A stretch of 64,000 nt of DNA from an uncultured Conexibacteraceae bacterium. GTDB taxonomy: Bacteria > Actinomycetota > Thermoleophilia > Solirubrobacterales > Solirubrobacteraceae. This document shows, piece by piece, positions 49,596-58,076 of this stretch. The stretch's first letter is position 1. Each line of letters starts with the position of its first letter. The notes below the pieces were generated by a model. The model saw nothing but the letters and a program-made list of their open reading frames with translations. It did no database searches and had not been told where the DNA came from. The stretch spans positions 624-64,623 of the forward strand of contig CAWHID010000032.1 of the NCBI GenBank assembly GCA_963829185.1, in the 5' to 3' direction. A program made the position numbers and the translations under genes.

Positions 49596-49723
49596 CGAGG
49601 TGTCGAGCCTAAGGGGGCCAACGGGCTGGCGCCGACGACCCCTTGACGATCGGCCCAGCAGCGCAAGCGTCGGCCCTCTAGGACCGGCCAGACGCCGGCC
49701 CATACCGTCTAGGGTCGCAACCG

Positions 49724-50065
49724 ATGAGCGGCGTGGGGTTGGACCTGTTGGAGATCGAGCGGCTGGAGGCGGCGCTGGCGCGCCGCCCGACGCTGGCCGC
49801 GCGGCTGTTCACCGAGGGCGAGCGCGCGTACGCGGCAGCGCGGTCGCGGCCTGGGCAGCATCTGGCGGCGCGGTTCTGCGCCAAGGAGGCGGTGGCCAAG
49901 GCGCTGGCGCTGGAGGCGTGGTCGTGGCGTGACATCGAGGTCGTCAGCGAGGGCGGGCCGCCGCGGATCGTGCTGCACGGCGCGCTGGCGGGGCGGGGCG
50001 TCGAGGTGGATGTGTCGTTGACGCACTCGCGGGGAACGGCGGGGGCTGTGGCGGTGGTGCGGTGA
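49724..50065 (+). CDS. acpS: Holo-ACP synthase
   Basis: GVGLDLLE, LFTEGE, LAARFCAKEAVAKA and VSLTHS. Confidence 0.93.
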   Translation: MSGVGLDLLEIERLEAALARRPTLAARLFTEGERAYAAARSRPGQHLAARFCAKEAVAKALALEAWSWRDIEVVSEGGPPRIVLHGALAGRGVEVDVSLTHSRGTAGAVAVVR

Positions 50066-51585
50066 CAAGCGCGAGGCTGCCCGAGGGCCTGGAGCCGCTG
50101 CTGGACGTCGAGCAGCTGCGGGCGTCCGACGCGTGGGCGATCCAGGAGCGCGGGATCCCCGGCGTCGAGCTCATGGAGCGCGCGGGTGAGGGGCTGTTTG
50201 AGACCGTCTTCAAGCACGCCCCGCCGGGCGACGTGGTCGTCGTGTGCGGCGGCGGCAACAACGGCGGCGATGGCTACGTGGTCGCGCGGCTCCTGCGTCA
50301 GGCCGGCCGCAGCGTCAGCGTCCTGCACACCGCTGACCCGGCGCAGCTCACCGGCGACGCCGCGATCATGCGCGACCAGCTGCCGGGCGAGCCGCCGATG
50401 GCGTTCGCGGCGGGCGCGCTCGACGGCGCCGCCGTCATCGTCGATGCCATCCTCGGCACCGGCTTCGCCGGCACCCCGCGCGACCCCGTCGCTGCCGCCA
50501 TCGCGGCCATCAACGAAGTTGACGCGTTCGTCGTGGCCGCCGACGTGCCCTCGGGCGTCGACGCCGCGACTGGCGCGGTCGCCGGCGAGGCGGTCTGCGC
50601 CACGATCACCGCGACCTTCCACGCGGCGATGCCGGGGCTGTGGATCGCGCCCGGCAAGGCGTATGCGGGCGAGGTCGTGGTCCTCGACATCGGGATTCCC
50701 CATGGTGGGCCCGCGGAGCCGTGGGTTGGCTTGATCGGCGCGGGCGTCCTGGCGACCTATCCGCGGCGGGGCACGGAGTCGACAAAGTTCGCCTCCGGCC
50801 ACGTGCTGGTCGCCGGCGGCGCGCGGGGGCTGACGGGCGCGCCGTGCCTGACGTCGATGGCCGCCATGCGCGCAGGCGCCGGCTACGTGACGGTCTGCGT
50901 GCCCGACGCGCTCAACGACATCTTCGAGATCAAGCTCACCGAGGTGATGAGCGCGCCGTTGCCCGACGAGGATGGGTCGCACACCGAGGCGGGCGCGGCC
51001 GAGGTCCTGGAGCGGGCGGCGGCTCGCGGTGGCGCGGTCGTGCTCGGGCCGGGCTTGGGACGGAGTGACGGCGCGTTTGCCTTCGCCCAGCGGGTGGCGC
51101 TGCGCGGTGATGCTCCGCTGGTGCTCGACGCGGATGGGCTCAACGCGTTCGCGGGCGACCTCGAAGCGCTGGCCGGCCGCGGCGCACCCACGATCCTGAC
51201 GCCGCACGCAGGCGAGCTGGCGCGCCTGCTCGAGGTCGACGCCGAGGCGATCGCCGCCCGCCGTCTCGACCGCGCGCGCGAGGCCGCACGCCGCTCTGGA
51301 GCGATCATGGTCCTCAAGGGCGACGACACGCTGGTCGCCGAGCCTGAGGGTCGCGTGGGCATCTCGCGCGGTGGCTCGCCCGCACTGGCCACGGCCGGCA
51401 CCGGTGATGTGCTCTCCGGCGTCCTCGGCGCCTTCCTGGCCCGTGGGATGGCGCCGTTTGAGGCCGCCTGCGCCGCTGTCTTCGCCCACGCGGAGGCGGG
51501 CAGGCGCGCGGCGAACGCGCTCGGCGGCCCGGATGGCGTGATCGCCTCCGATGTGATGCGGGAGCTGGCCCAGACGCTCGAATAG
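50062..51585 (+). CDS. nnr: Bifunctional NAD(P)HX epimerase/dehydratase
   Basis: LMERAG, GGGNNGGDG, DVPSG, GPGLG, LDADGL, TPHAGE and LATAGTGDVLSG. Confidence 0.93.
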   Translation: MTSARLPEGLEPLLDVEQLRASDAWAIQERGIPGVELMERAGEGLFETVFKHAPPGDVVVVCGGGNNGGDGYVVARLLRQAGRSVSVLHTADPAQLTGDAAIMRDQLPGEPPMAFAAGALDGAAVIVDAILGTGFAGTPRDPVAAAIAAINEVDAFVVAADVPSGVDAATGAVAGEAVCATITATFHAAMPGLWIAPGKAYAGEVVVLDIGIPHGGPAEPWVGLIGAGVLATYPRRGTESTKFASGHVLVAGGARGLTGAPCLTSMAAMRAGAGYVTVCVPDALNDIFEIKLTEVMSAPLPDEDGSHTEAGAAEVLERAAARGGAVVLGPGLGRSDGAFAFAQRVALRGDAPLVLDADGLNAFAGDLEALAGRGAPTILTPHAGELARLLEVDAEAIAARRLDRAREAARRSGAIMVLKGDDTLVAEPEGRVGISRGGSPALATAGTGDVLSGVLGAFLARGMAPFEAACAAVFAHAEAGRRAANALGGPDGVIASDVMRELAQTLE

Positions 51586-51600
51586 AGTCCCTCGCACGGA

Positions 51601-51633
51601 ATGGCCACCGTCGCCGACATCTTGGAGCGCTGA
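51601..51633 (+). other. 10-aa ORF MATVADILER, possible remnant of a deleted gene
   Basis: Follows a TAGAGT -10-like hexamer and stops 2 nt before the alr start. Confidence 0.35.
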
Positions 51634-51635
51634 GC

Positions 51636-52754
51636 GTGGCGGTCCGCGCGCTGGCGCGCGTGAACCTCAGCGCGATCGAGCGCAACGTCGCTCAGCTCCA
51701 GCGCGAGGCGCCGAAGGCCGCGCTGTGCGCGGTCGTCAAGGCCAACGGCTACGGCCACGGGATGGTCCCGAGCGCGCAGGCCGCGCTGCGTGGTGGGGCG
51801 ACCTGGCTGGCGGTCGCCTCGGCGCTGGAGGCGCGTGAGCTGCGCGCGGGGGTCGGCGACGGCGCGCGGATCCTCGTGCTCGGCGCGCTGAGCGACGAGG
51901 AATTGTCGATCGCGCTGGAGGCCGACGCCGACGTATCGGTCTGGACCGTGGAGCGCGTGCAGGCGCTGGTCGCCACCGGCCGGCCCGCGCGCGTGCACGT
52001 CAAGCTCGACAGCGGCCTCGGCCGTCTCGGCACGCGCGAGCCGGAGGAGGCCGACGCGGTCGTCGCCGCCATCGACGCCGCCGACGAGCTCGAACTGACC
52101 GGCGCCTGGACGCACTTCGCCACCGCCGACGAGCGCGGGGACGCGTTCTTCGGCGAGCAGCTCGCGACCTTCAAGGCCTGGGTCGACCCGCTGCGTGCCG
52201 CCCATCCCGGCCTGGTCGTCCACGCCGCCAACAGCGCGGCGGTGCTGCGCGATCCGGCCTCGCACTTCGACCTCGTGCGCTGCGGCATTGCGATCTACGG
52301 CCTCGATCCGTTCGGCGAGGACCCAGCCTCGCGCGACCTCGAGCCCGCGCTCGAGCTGGTCTCCTACGTCGCGGCGCTCAAGGCGACGCACGCGGGGCAG
52401 AGCGCGGGCTACGGCCGGCGCTTCGTCGCCCAGCGCGAGACGCTGCTGGCGACGGTGCCGATCGGCTACGGCGACGGCTACCGCCGCGCGCTGACCAACA
52501 AGGCCCCCGCGCTCCTGCACGGTCGCCGCATCGATCTCGTCGGCACGGTGTCCATGGACAACGTGACCTTCGACGTCGGCGCCGCCGGCCTTGGGCCCAA
52601 GCTCGGCGACGACGTCGTCCTCCTCGGTGCGCAAGGGGCCGAGCGCATCACCGCCGAGGACCTCGCCCGGCTGATCAACACCATCAACTACGAGATCACC
52701 ACCGCCATCACCGCCCGCGTGCCGCGGCTTCACCATCGTGATGGTGCGGAATGA
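51636..52754 (+). CDS. alr: Alanine racemase
   Basis: AVVKANGYGHG, HVKLDSGLGRLG, THFATAD, IGYGDG and GTVSMD. Confidence 0.96.
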   Translation: MAVRALARVNLSAIERNVAQLQREAPKAALCAVVKANGYGHGMVPSAQAALRGGATWLAVASALEARELRAGVGDGARILVLGALSDEELSIALEADADVSVWTVERVQALVATGRPARVHVKLDSGLGRLGTREPEEADAVVAAIDAADELELTGAWTHFATADERGDAFFGEQLATFKAWVDPLRAAHPGLVVHAANSAAVLRDPASHFDLVRCGIAIYGLDPFGEDPASRDLEPALELVSYVAALKATHAGQSAGYGRRFVAQRETLLATVPIGYGDGYRRALTNKAPALLHGRRIDLVGTVSMDNVTFDVGAAGLGPKLGDDVVLLGAQGAERITAEDLARLINTINYEITTAITARVPRLHHRDGAE

Positions 52755-52837
52755 CTCGGCCAGGGGCCTCGCATTCCGTGCGGCAACTCGCCTTGCGGCT
52801 CGTTCCCGCGGCTATGGCCGGGTGCCAGCTGCCGTGA
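52751..52837 (+). other. 28-aa bridging ORF over a REP-like hairpin between alr and cca
   Basis: ATGA overlap with the alr stop and GTGA overlap with the cca GTG at 52834. Confidence 0.35.
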
Positions 52838-54228
52838 GCGGCGAGGCGCTGGAGGCCGCGCGGGGCGCGCTGGCTGGCGTGCCGGCGTGGGTCGTCGGCG
52901 GGGCGGTACGCGATGAGCTGCTGGGGCGGCCGACCGCCGACCTCGACCTCGTCGTCGAAGGTGACGTCCGCGGGCTGGCCAAGGCGTTGTCGCGGGCCAC
53001 GAGTGGGCCGGCGTTCGAGCTGTCAGATGCCTTCGGGGCCTGGCGGATCGTGGGACCCGAGCACCGCTGGCAGGTCGACATCATGCGCTTGCAGGGTGCT
53101 TCGCTGGCCGACGATCTGGCCAAGCGCGACTTCACCATCAACGCGATGGCGCGCCCGTTGGCCGGCGGCGACGTCGTCGACCCCCATGGCGGCGCCGACG
53201 ACCTCGCGGCGCGCCGCCTGCGGATGGTCGCGCCGTCGAGCCTGCACGACGACCCGCTGCGCACCCTGCGCCTCGCGCGCTTCGCCTGCGAGCTGGCGAT
53301 GGAGCCCGACCCGGAGACCAGGGCAGCGGCCACGCAGTGGGCGCCCCGCATCGGCGACGTCGCCGCCGAGCGCGTCTTCGCCGAGCTCAAGCGCGTCATC
53401 GCCGCCGACCGCGTCCTCGACGGCCTGGCGCTCATGGACGCACTCGGCCTCACGCCCCACGTCCTGCCCGAGCTCAGCGCCTTGCGCGGCGTCCAGCAGA
53501 ACCGCTACCACCACCTCGACGTCCACGACCACACGCTCGAAGTGCTTGCCGAGACGGTCGCGCTGGAGCGCGAGCCGGGTGCGGTCCTCGGCGCCGAGCT
53601 CGACGCGCCGCTGCGCGCGTTCCTCGCTCAGCCGCTGGCCGACGAGCTGACCCGCGCCACCGCGCTGCGCTTCGGCGCGCTGCTGCACGATGCCGCCAAG
53701 CCCGAGACCCAGGCCTTTCATGAGGACGGCACCGTCCTCGGCTTCCCTGGCCACGCCGATCTCGGCGCCGAGCGCTCACGCGCCGCGCTCACCCGGCTGC
53801 GAACCAGCGAGAAGCTGCGCGCCCACGTCGCGCTGCTCGCCCGCCACCACCTCGGCCTCGGCTACCTCGTCCACAAGGCGCCGCTGGATCGCCGGACGAT
53901 CCACCAGTACCTCGTCAAGACGGCGCCGGTCGAGGTCGACGTGTCGCTGCTGTCGATCGCCGACCGCTTGGCGACCCGCGGCCGCAAGGCCGACGAGGCG
54001 ATCGCCAAGCACCTCGAGGTCGCGCGCACCGTGCTGCCCCAGGCGCTTGCCTATGCCGACTGGGCCGCGCAGCCGCCGCTGATCCGCGGTGACGAGCTGG
54101 CTCGCGCGCTGGAGATCCGCCGCGGGCCCGAGCTCGGCCGGCTCCTAGCCGCGATCGCCGAGGCGCGCTACGCCGGCGAGGTCACCACGGCCGACGAGGC
54201 GATCGCGCTCGCGCGCACCCTGGTCTAA
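52834..54228 (+). CDS. cca: CCA tRNA nucleotidyltransferase/poly(A) polymerase family with HD domain
   Basis: VGGAVRD, DLDLVV, KRDFTINAMA, DDPLRTLR, QNRYHHLDV and LLHDAAKP. Confidence 0.88.
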   Translation: MSGEALEAARGALAGVPAWVVGGAVRDELLGRPTADLDLVVEGDVRGLAKALSRATSGPAFELSDAFGAWRIVGPEHRWQVDIMRLQGASLADDLAKRDFTINAMARPLAGGDVVDPHGGADDLAARRLRMVAPSSLHDDPLRTLRLARFACELAMEPDPETRAAATQWAPRIGDVAAERVFAELKRVIAADRVLDGLALMDALGLTPHVLPELSALRGVQQNRYHHLDVHDHTLEVLAETVALEREPGAVLGAELDAPLRAFLAQPLADELTRATALRFGALLHDAAKPETQAFHEDGTVLGFPGHADLGAERSRAALTRLRTSEKLRAHVALLARHHLGLGYLVHKAPLDRRTIHQYLVKTAPVEVDVSLLSIADRLATRGRKADEAIAKHLEVARTVLPQALAYADWAAQPPLIRGDELARALEIRRGPELGRLLAAIAEARYAGEVTTADEAIALARTLV

Positions 54229-55427
54229 CGCGCGCCCGGCGCCGACCGCGCGATCGTCCCCATGACGATCTCCACGCTGTCTTGCACCGACGCGTAGTCC
54301 ACGTTGTCGGCGGTGTCGGTCGGCCAGTGGTAGTTGGCCGGCACGAGGTACTCGGTGACCGAGCCGATGCTGGCGACCTGGTAGCCCTGGCGTAGCGACA
54401 CCAGCCCGTCGGTGGCGAAGGTGAGGCGATGGCCGCGCCGGACGGTGACGCCGGCGTCGCGGGCCGCGGCGGCGACGCGCTCCTTCTGCTCACACGGGTA
54501 CTCGTACATGCGCAAGAACCCCTCACCTTCGATCAACACCAACTCGGGCGAGCCGACGGTGTCGAGGCACAAGAACGAGGTGGACTCCGTGCTGAGCTGC
54601 GGGAAGTGGCGTCGCGCGAAGGCGAGCATGCCCTCCTGGTTGGCCTCTTCAGCACCCGCCGACAGCAGGATCACGCGCAGGCCATCGGGCGGCGGCGTGT
54701 CGCGCAGCCGCCGTGCGACCTCCAGCAGCACCGCGACGCCGCTCAGGTTGTCGTTGGCGCCCGGCACCACCGGCTGGCGGATCATGTCCGCCATGACGGC
54801 GGCGGTCGCGGTCGCCGCGACGGTCCCGACCGCGGTCATACGACGCCCACCAGTGAGTGCGCTGACGGCGATCGCCAGCGGTCCGCCGATCACCAAGCCC
54901 ATCAACGGCGGCCAGCGGTCCGTTCGCGCCATCACGCCGGGCAGCTTCTCCACCACGAGCTTTGCAAGCGTCTGGTCGAAGATGAACGACGTGCGCGCCG
55001 CGTCGTGATGGGCGTGGACCACCAGCGTGTGCGCCGCGTCCTCGGGGCCGAACTGGGCGACCACGTTGGTCGTCGTGCGGCGCTTGAGCAGACGCCGGAC
55101 CGCTCGCCGTTGCCCGCCGGCGAGGTCCTGCCACATCCCGGCGACCGCCAGCCCCGCGGCCAGCCCGCCCAAGCCGCGCCGGCCCGCCAGCACCGCGAGC
55201 CCGCCTGCCGCGCCGATCGCGTTCAAGACGCCGAGCGGCGTGAAGTACGTGCCGTGGATGAGCTCCTCGTCGACGACGACCCGCGCGCCGCAGGCGGCCA
55301 TCCGCTCGGCGATCCACGCCGCCGCCTCGGCCTCGCCGGGCGAGCAGGGGAGGCGATCGAGCGCCGACAGCGCCGCCACGTCGGCGTGCAGGGCCTCCTG
55401 CGTGGGGGTGCTGACCGCGCCGGACAT
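54225..55427 (-). CDS. Membrane M28-family peptidase
   Basis: AHHDA, GANDNLSG, AEE, LDTVG and YHWPTD, with TM segments. Confidence 0.85.
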   Translation of the reverse strand: MSGAVSTPTQEALHADVAALSALDRLPCSPGEAEAAAWIAERMAACGARVVVDEELIHGTYFTPLGVLNAIGAAGGLAVLAGRRGLGGLAAGLAVAGMWQDLAGGQRRAVRRLLKRRTTTNVVAQFGPEDAAHTLVVHAHHDAARTSFIFDQTLAKLVVEKLPGVMARTDRWPPLMGLVIGGPLAIAVSALTGGRRMTAVGTVAATATAAVMADMIRQPVVPGANDNLSGVAVLLEVARRLRDTPPPDGLRVILLSAGAEEANQEGMLAFARRHFPQLSTESTSFLCLDTVGSPELVLIEGEGFLRMYEYPCEQKERVAAAARDAGVTVRRGHRLTFATDGLVSLRQGYQVASIGSVTEYLVPANYHWPTDTADNVDYASVQDSVEIVMGTIARSAPGAR

Positions 55428-55507
55428 CAACCATGGAGCGTACCGGTGGACCGGCCCGCGCAAGCTGACCCGAACCCAGCGACGTGCCGCGTGGATAAGG
55501 TGCCGCC

Positions 55508-55933
55508 ATGTCCGCCACCGATCCCGACTGCCTCTTCTGCAAGATCGTCGCCGGCGAGATCGGTGCCACGATCATCGCCTCCGACGAGCGGACGGTCTCC
55601 TTCATGGACATCAACCCGGCCACGCGCGGGCACGCGCTCGTCGTCCCCCGCGCTCACACCCGCGACCTGCTGGAGATCGACCCCGAGGACCTCGCTGCGG
55701 TCGCGGCCGCCGGACAGCGCCTGGCGCGCACGGCCAAGACGGTGCTTGAGGCCGACGGCATCAACCTCCTCAACAGCTGCGGCGCCGATGCGTGGCAGAC
55801 CGTCTTTCACTTCCACCTGCACGTCATCCCGCGCTACGAGGGCGACCCTCTGCGCCTGCCCTGGACCCCCGGCCCCGGCGACATGGACAGCATCCAGGCG
55901 ACCGGCCAGCAGCTGAAGGAGCACTTCTCGTGA
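55508..55933 (+). CDS. HIT-family nucleotide hydrolase
   Basis: CLFCKIVAGEI, DINP..GHALVVP and HFHLHVIPR. Confidence 0.93.
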   Translation: MSATDPDCLFCKIVAGEIGATIIASDERTVSFMDINPATRGHALVVPRAHTRDLLEIDPEDLAAVAAAGQRLARTAKTVLEADGINLLNSCGADAWQTVFHFHLHVIPRYEGDPLRLPWTPGPGDMDSIQATGQQLKEHFS

Positions 55934-56709
55934 CCGACGTCGTCCGGCTGCAGCAGGAGGGCCCGCTGGCCGTCCTGACCTTCGATAGCCCGCCGCTGAA
56001 CCTGTTCGACGACGCGGTCTTTGAGGGCGTGCGCCGCGCGGTCGACACGGTCGCCGCCGACCCGCCACGCGGCCTGCTGATCCGGGCCGAGGGCAAGGTC
56101 GTCTCCGGTGGCGTCGACGTCGGCAAGGTCTTTGACGGCATGTCGGCGCAGCGCGGCGGCGCGCTATGGGACGAGCTGCTGGAGGTCATCCACACGATCG
56201 AGGAGCTGCCGCTGCCGACCGTCTTCGCCGCCCACGGCCTCTGCCTCACCGCCGCCTTCGAGATCGCGCTGGCCTGCGACATCCTGCTGGCCAGCGAGCG
56301 CGCGAAGTTCGGGCTGGTCGAGATCGTCGTGGGGCTCACGCCGTCGATGGGCGGCCCGCAGCGGCTGGCCGAGCGCGCCGGGCCGGCGCGCGCCAAGGAG
56401 CTCATCTACACCGGCGAGCTCTTTGACGCCGCGACGCTGGAGCGCTGGAACGTCGTCAACCGCGTCTACGCCCACGAGGCGTTCGAGGAGCAGGCGCGCG
56501 CGTTCGCCACCAAGATCGCCAACGGCCCGACCAAGGCGCACGCGGCGACCAAGGCGATCGTCGGCGCCCAGAAGGAGGGCGGCGCCCGCGCGGCCGACGC
56601 GATCGTCGGCGAGGTCTCCGGCGCGCTCTTCGACACCGAGGACCTCAAGAACGCCGTCCGCTCGTTTCTCACTGACGGGCCCGGCAAAGCTACCTACGAG
56701 GGGCGCTGA
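55930..56709 (+). CDS. Enoyl-CoA hydratase/isomerase-family protein
   Basis: SGGVDV, FEIALACD, FGLVE..VGL and RAKELIYTG. Confidence 0.9.
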   Translation: MTDVVRLQQEGPLAVLTFDSPPLNLFDDAVFEGVRRAVDTVAADPPRGLLIRAEGKVVSGGVDVGKVFDGMSAQRGGALWDELLEVIHTIEELPLPTVFAAHGLCLTAAFEIALACDILLASERAKFGLVEIVVGLTPSMGGPQRLAERAGPARAKELIYTGELFDAATLERWNVVNRVYAHEAFEEQARAFATKIANGPTKAHAATKAIVGAQKEGGARAADAIVGEVSGALFDTEDLKNAVRSFLTDGPGKATYEGR

Positions 56710-56712
56710 GCC

Positions 56713-57306
56713 ATGCGGCACGCTACGCGTACGCTGATGACGGTTGGCCTCCTGACCGTGACGGCCTGGTCGGTGGGCTCGACGATCGCGCCCGCGGCCA
56801 CCGCGCCCGAGACGCAGGCGGCGACCGATCCCAAAGGCGACGTCCGCAGCCCGCTGGACCTCACGCGCGTCGCGGTCTCCCGCGCCGCCGACGGCCGCCT
56901 GCGCGCCTCGCTGACCGTCGCGGCAGCCTGGACCGGCAGCGACTTGCTGAGCGACACCGGTGGGCCGGGCTCGCTCTGCGTCAAGGCATGGACGACGACC
57001 GTGCCGCCCGACACGACGCCCGACTACCTGATCTGCACGACCGCTAACGCCGACGGGGCGCTGCGCGGCTCGATCCTCAAGCAGCGCGCCAACAAGCTGC
57101 CGGAGCGCACCGGTGGGGCGGACGTCTCGCGGCCGAGCGCCCGCACCGTGACGCTGCGCTTCCCCCAGACCGCGATCGGCAAGCCCGCAACGCTCTATGT
57201 GGCTGGCGAAACGGTCCGTCCCGGCTGCCCGCGCGGCAGCTGCATCGACCTCGCGCCCGACGCGCCCAAGACGCTGAAGCTGGTGCTGCGCAAGGCCACG
57301 ACGTAG
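56713..57306 (+). CDS. Secreted hypothetical protein
   Basis: Signal peptide, DPKGDV..PLDLTRV and four Cys. Confidence 0.7.
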   Translation: MRHATRTLMTVGLLTVTAWSVGSTIAPAATAPETQAATDPKGDVRSPLDLTRVAVSRAADGRLRASLTVAAAWTGSDLLSDTGGPGSLCVKAWTTTVPPDTTPDYLICTTANADGALRGSILKQRANKLPERTGGADVSRPSARTVTLRFPQTAIGKPATLYVAGETVRPGCPRGSCIDLAPDAPKTLKLVLRKATT

Positions 57307-57362
57307 GGGCCGTGGGCGTTCACGCCCGCAACTTCGCCGCCGCGTCGTGTTGAATTGCCCTG

Positions 57363-58013
57363 ATGCCTCGTTTCCGCACCTTGCTGGCGGCGCTGATCGG
57401 CGCCGGTCTCGCCCTGCCGGCCGTCGCGCCCGCCACGCTGGACCCCGTTCCGGCCGTCGATCCCGGCGACGCCGTCCCCAGCTGCCCAGACAAGCCCTGC
57501 TACGCCCTCGGACGCACCACGGGCTACCAGGCCAAGGTCGGCACCAACCGTGGCCTCTACACCGTCCAGAAGGACGGTGTACTCGTCTCGTGGACGGTCA
57601 AGCTCTCCAAGCCGAGCGACAAGCAGATCGAGTTCTTCGACAAGAGCCTCGGGGGCGAGTCCCAGGCGGCGATCTCGGTCATGCGCATGGGCACCAAGCT
57701 CCACGCGCGCCTGGTCGCCCAGGGCGAGGTCAAGAAGCTCACGCCCTACTTCGGCCAGACCGTCGAGTTCGCGCTGGAGAAGACGATCCCGGTCAAGAAG
57801 GGCTGGGTGCTGGGGCTGACGGTGCCGACGTGGGCGCCTGCGCTGGCCGCGGGCCTGGGCGGCGATACCTCCTGGCGCGCCAGCCGCGCTAAGGGCACCT
57901 GCGACGACAGTCAGGCGCAGACCGCGCAGGCCGTCAACCAGATCGGCCGCTACTACTGTCTCTACCGCACCGCGCGCATCATGTATTCGGCGCGCGTCAT
58001 CTCGACGCCGTAG
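57363..58013 (+). CDS. Secreted hypothetical protein
   Basis: Signal peptide, four Cys, and native high-GC3 codon usage. Confidence 0.75.
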   Translation: MPRFRTLLAALIGAGLALPAVAPATLDPVPAVDPGDAVPSCPDKPCYALGRTTGYQAKVGTNRGLYTVQKDGVLVSWTVKLSKPSDKQIEFFDKSLGGESQAAISVMRMGTKLHARLVAQGEVKKLTPYFGQTVEFALEKTIPVKKGWVLGLTVPTWAPALAAGLGGDTSWRASRAKGTCDDSQAQTAQAVNQIGRYYCLYRTARIMYSARVISTP

Positions 58014-58076
58014 GCGCATCAATCACGCCAATTGGCTCTGGCGTGACCCGGTGGCAGTCCCGAGAGTCGGGCCTGC

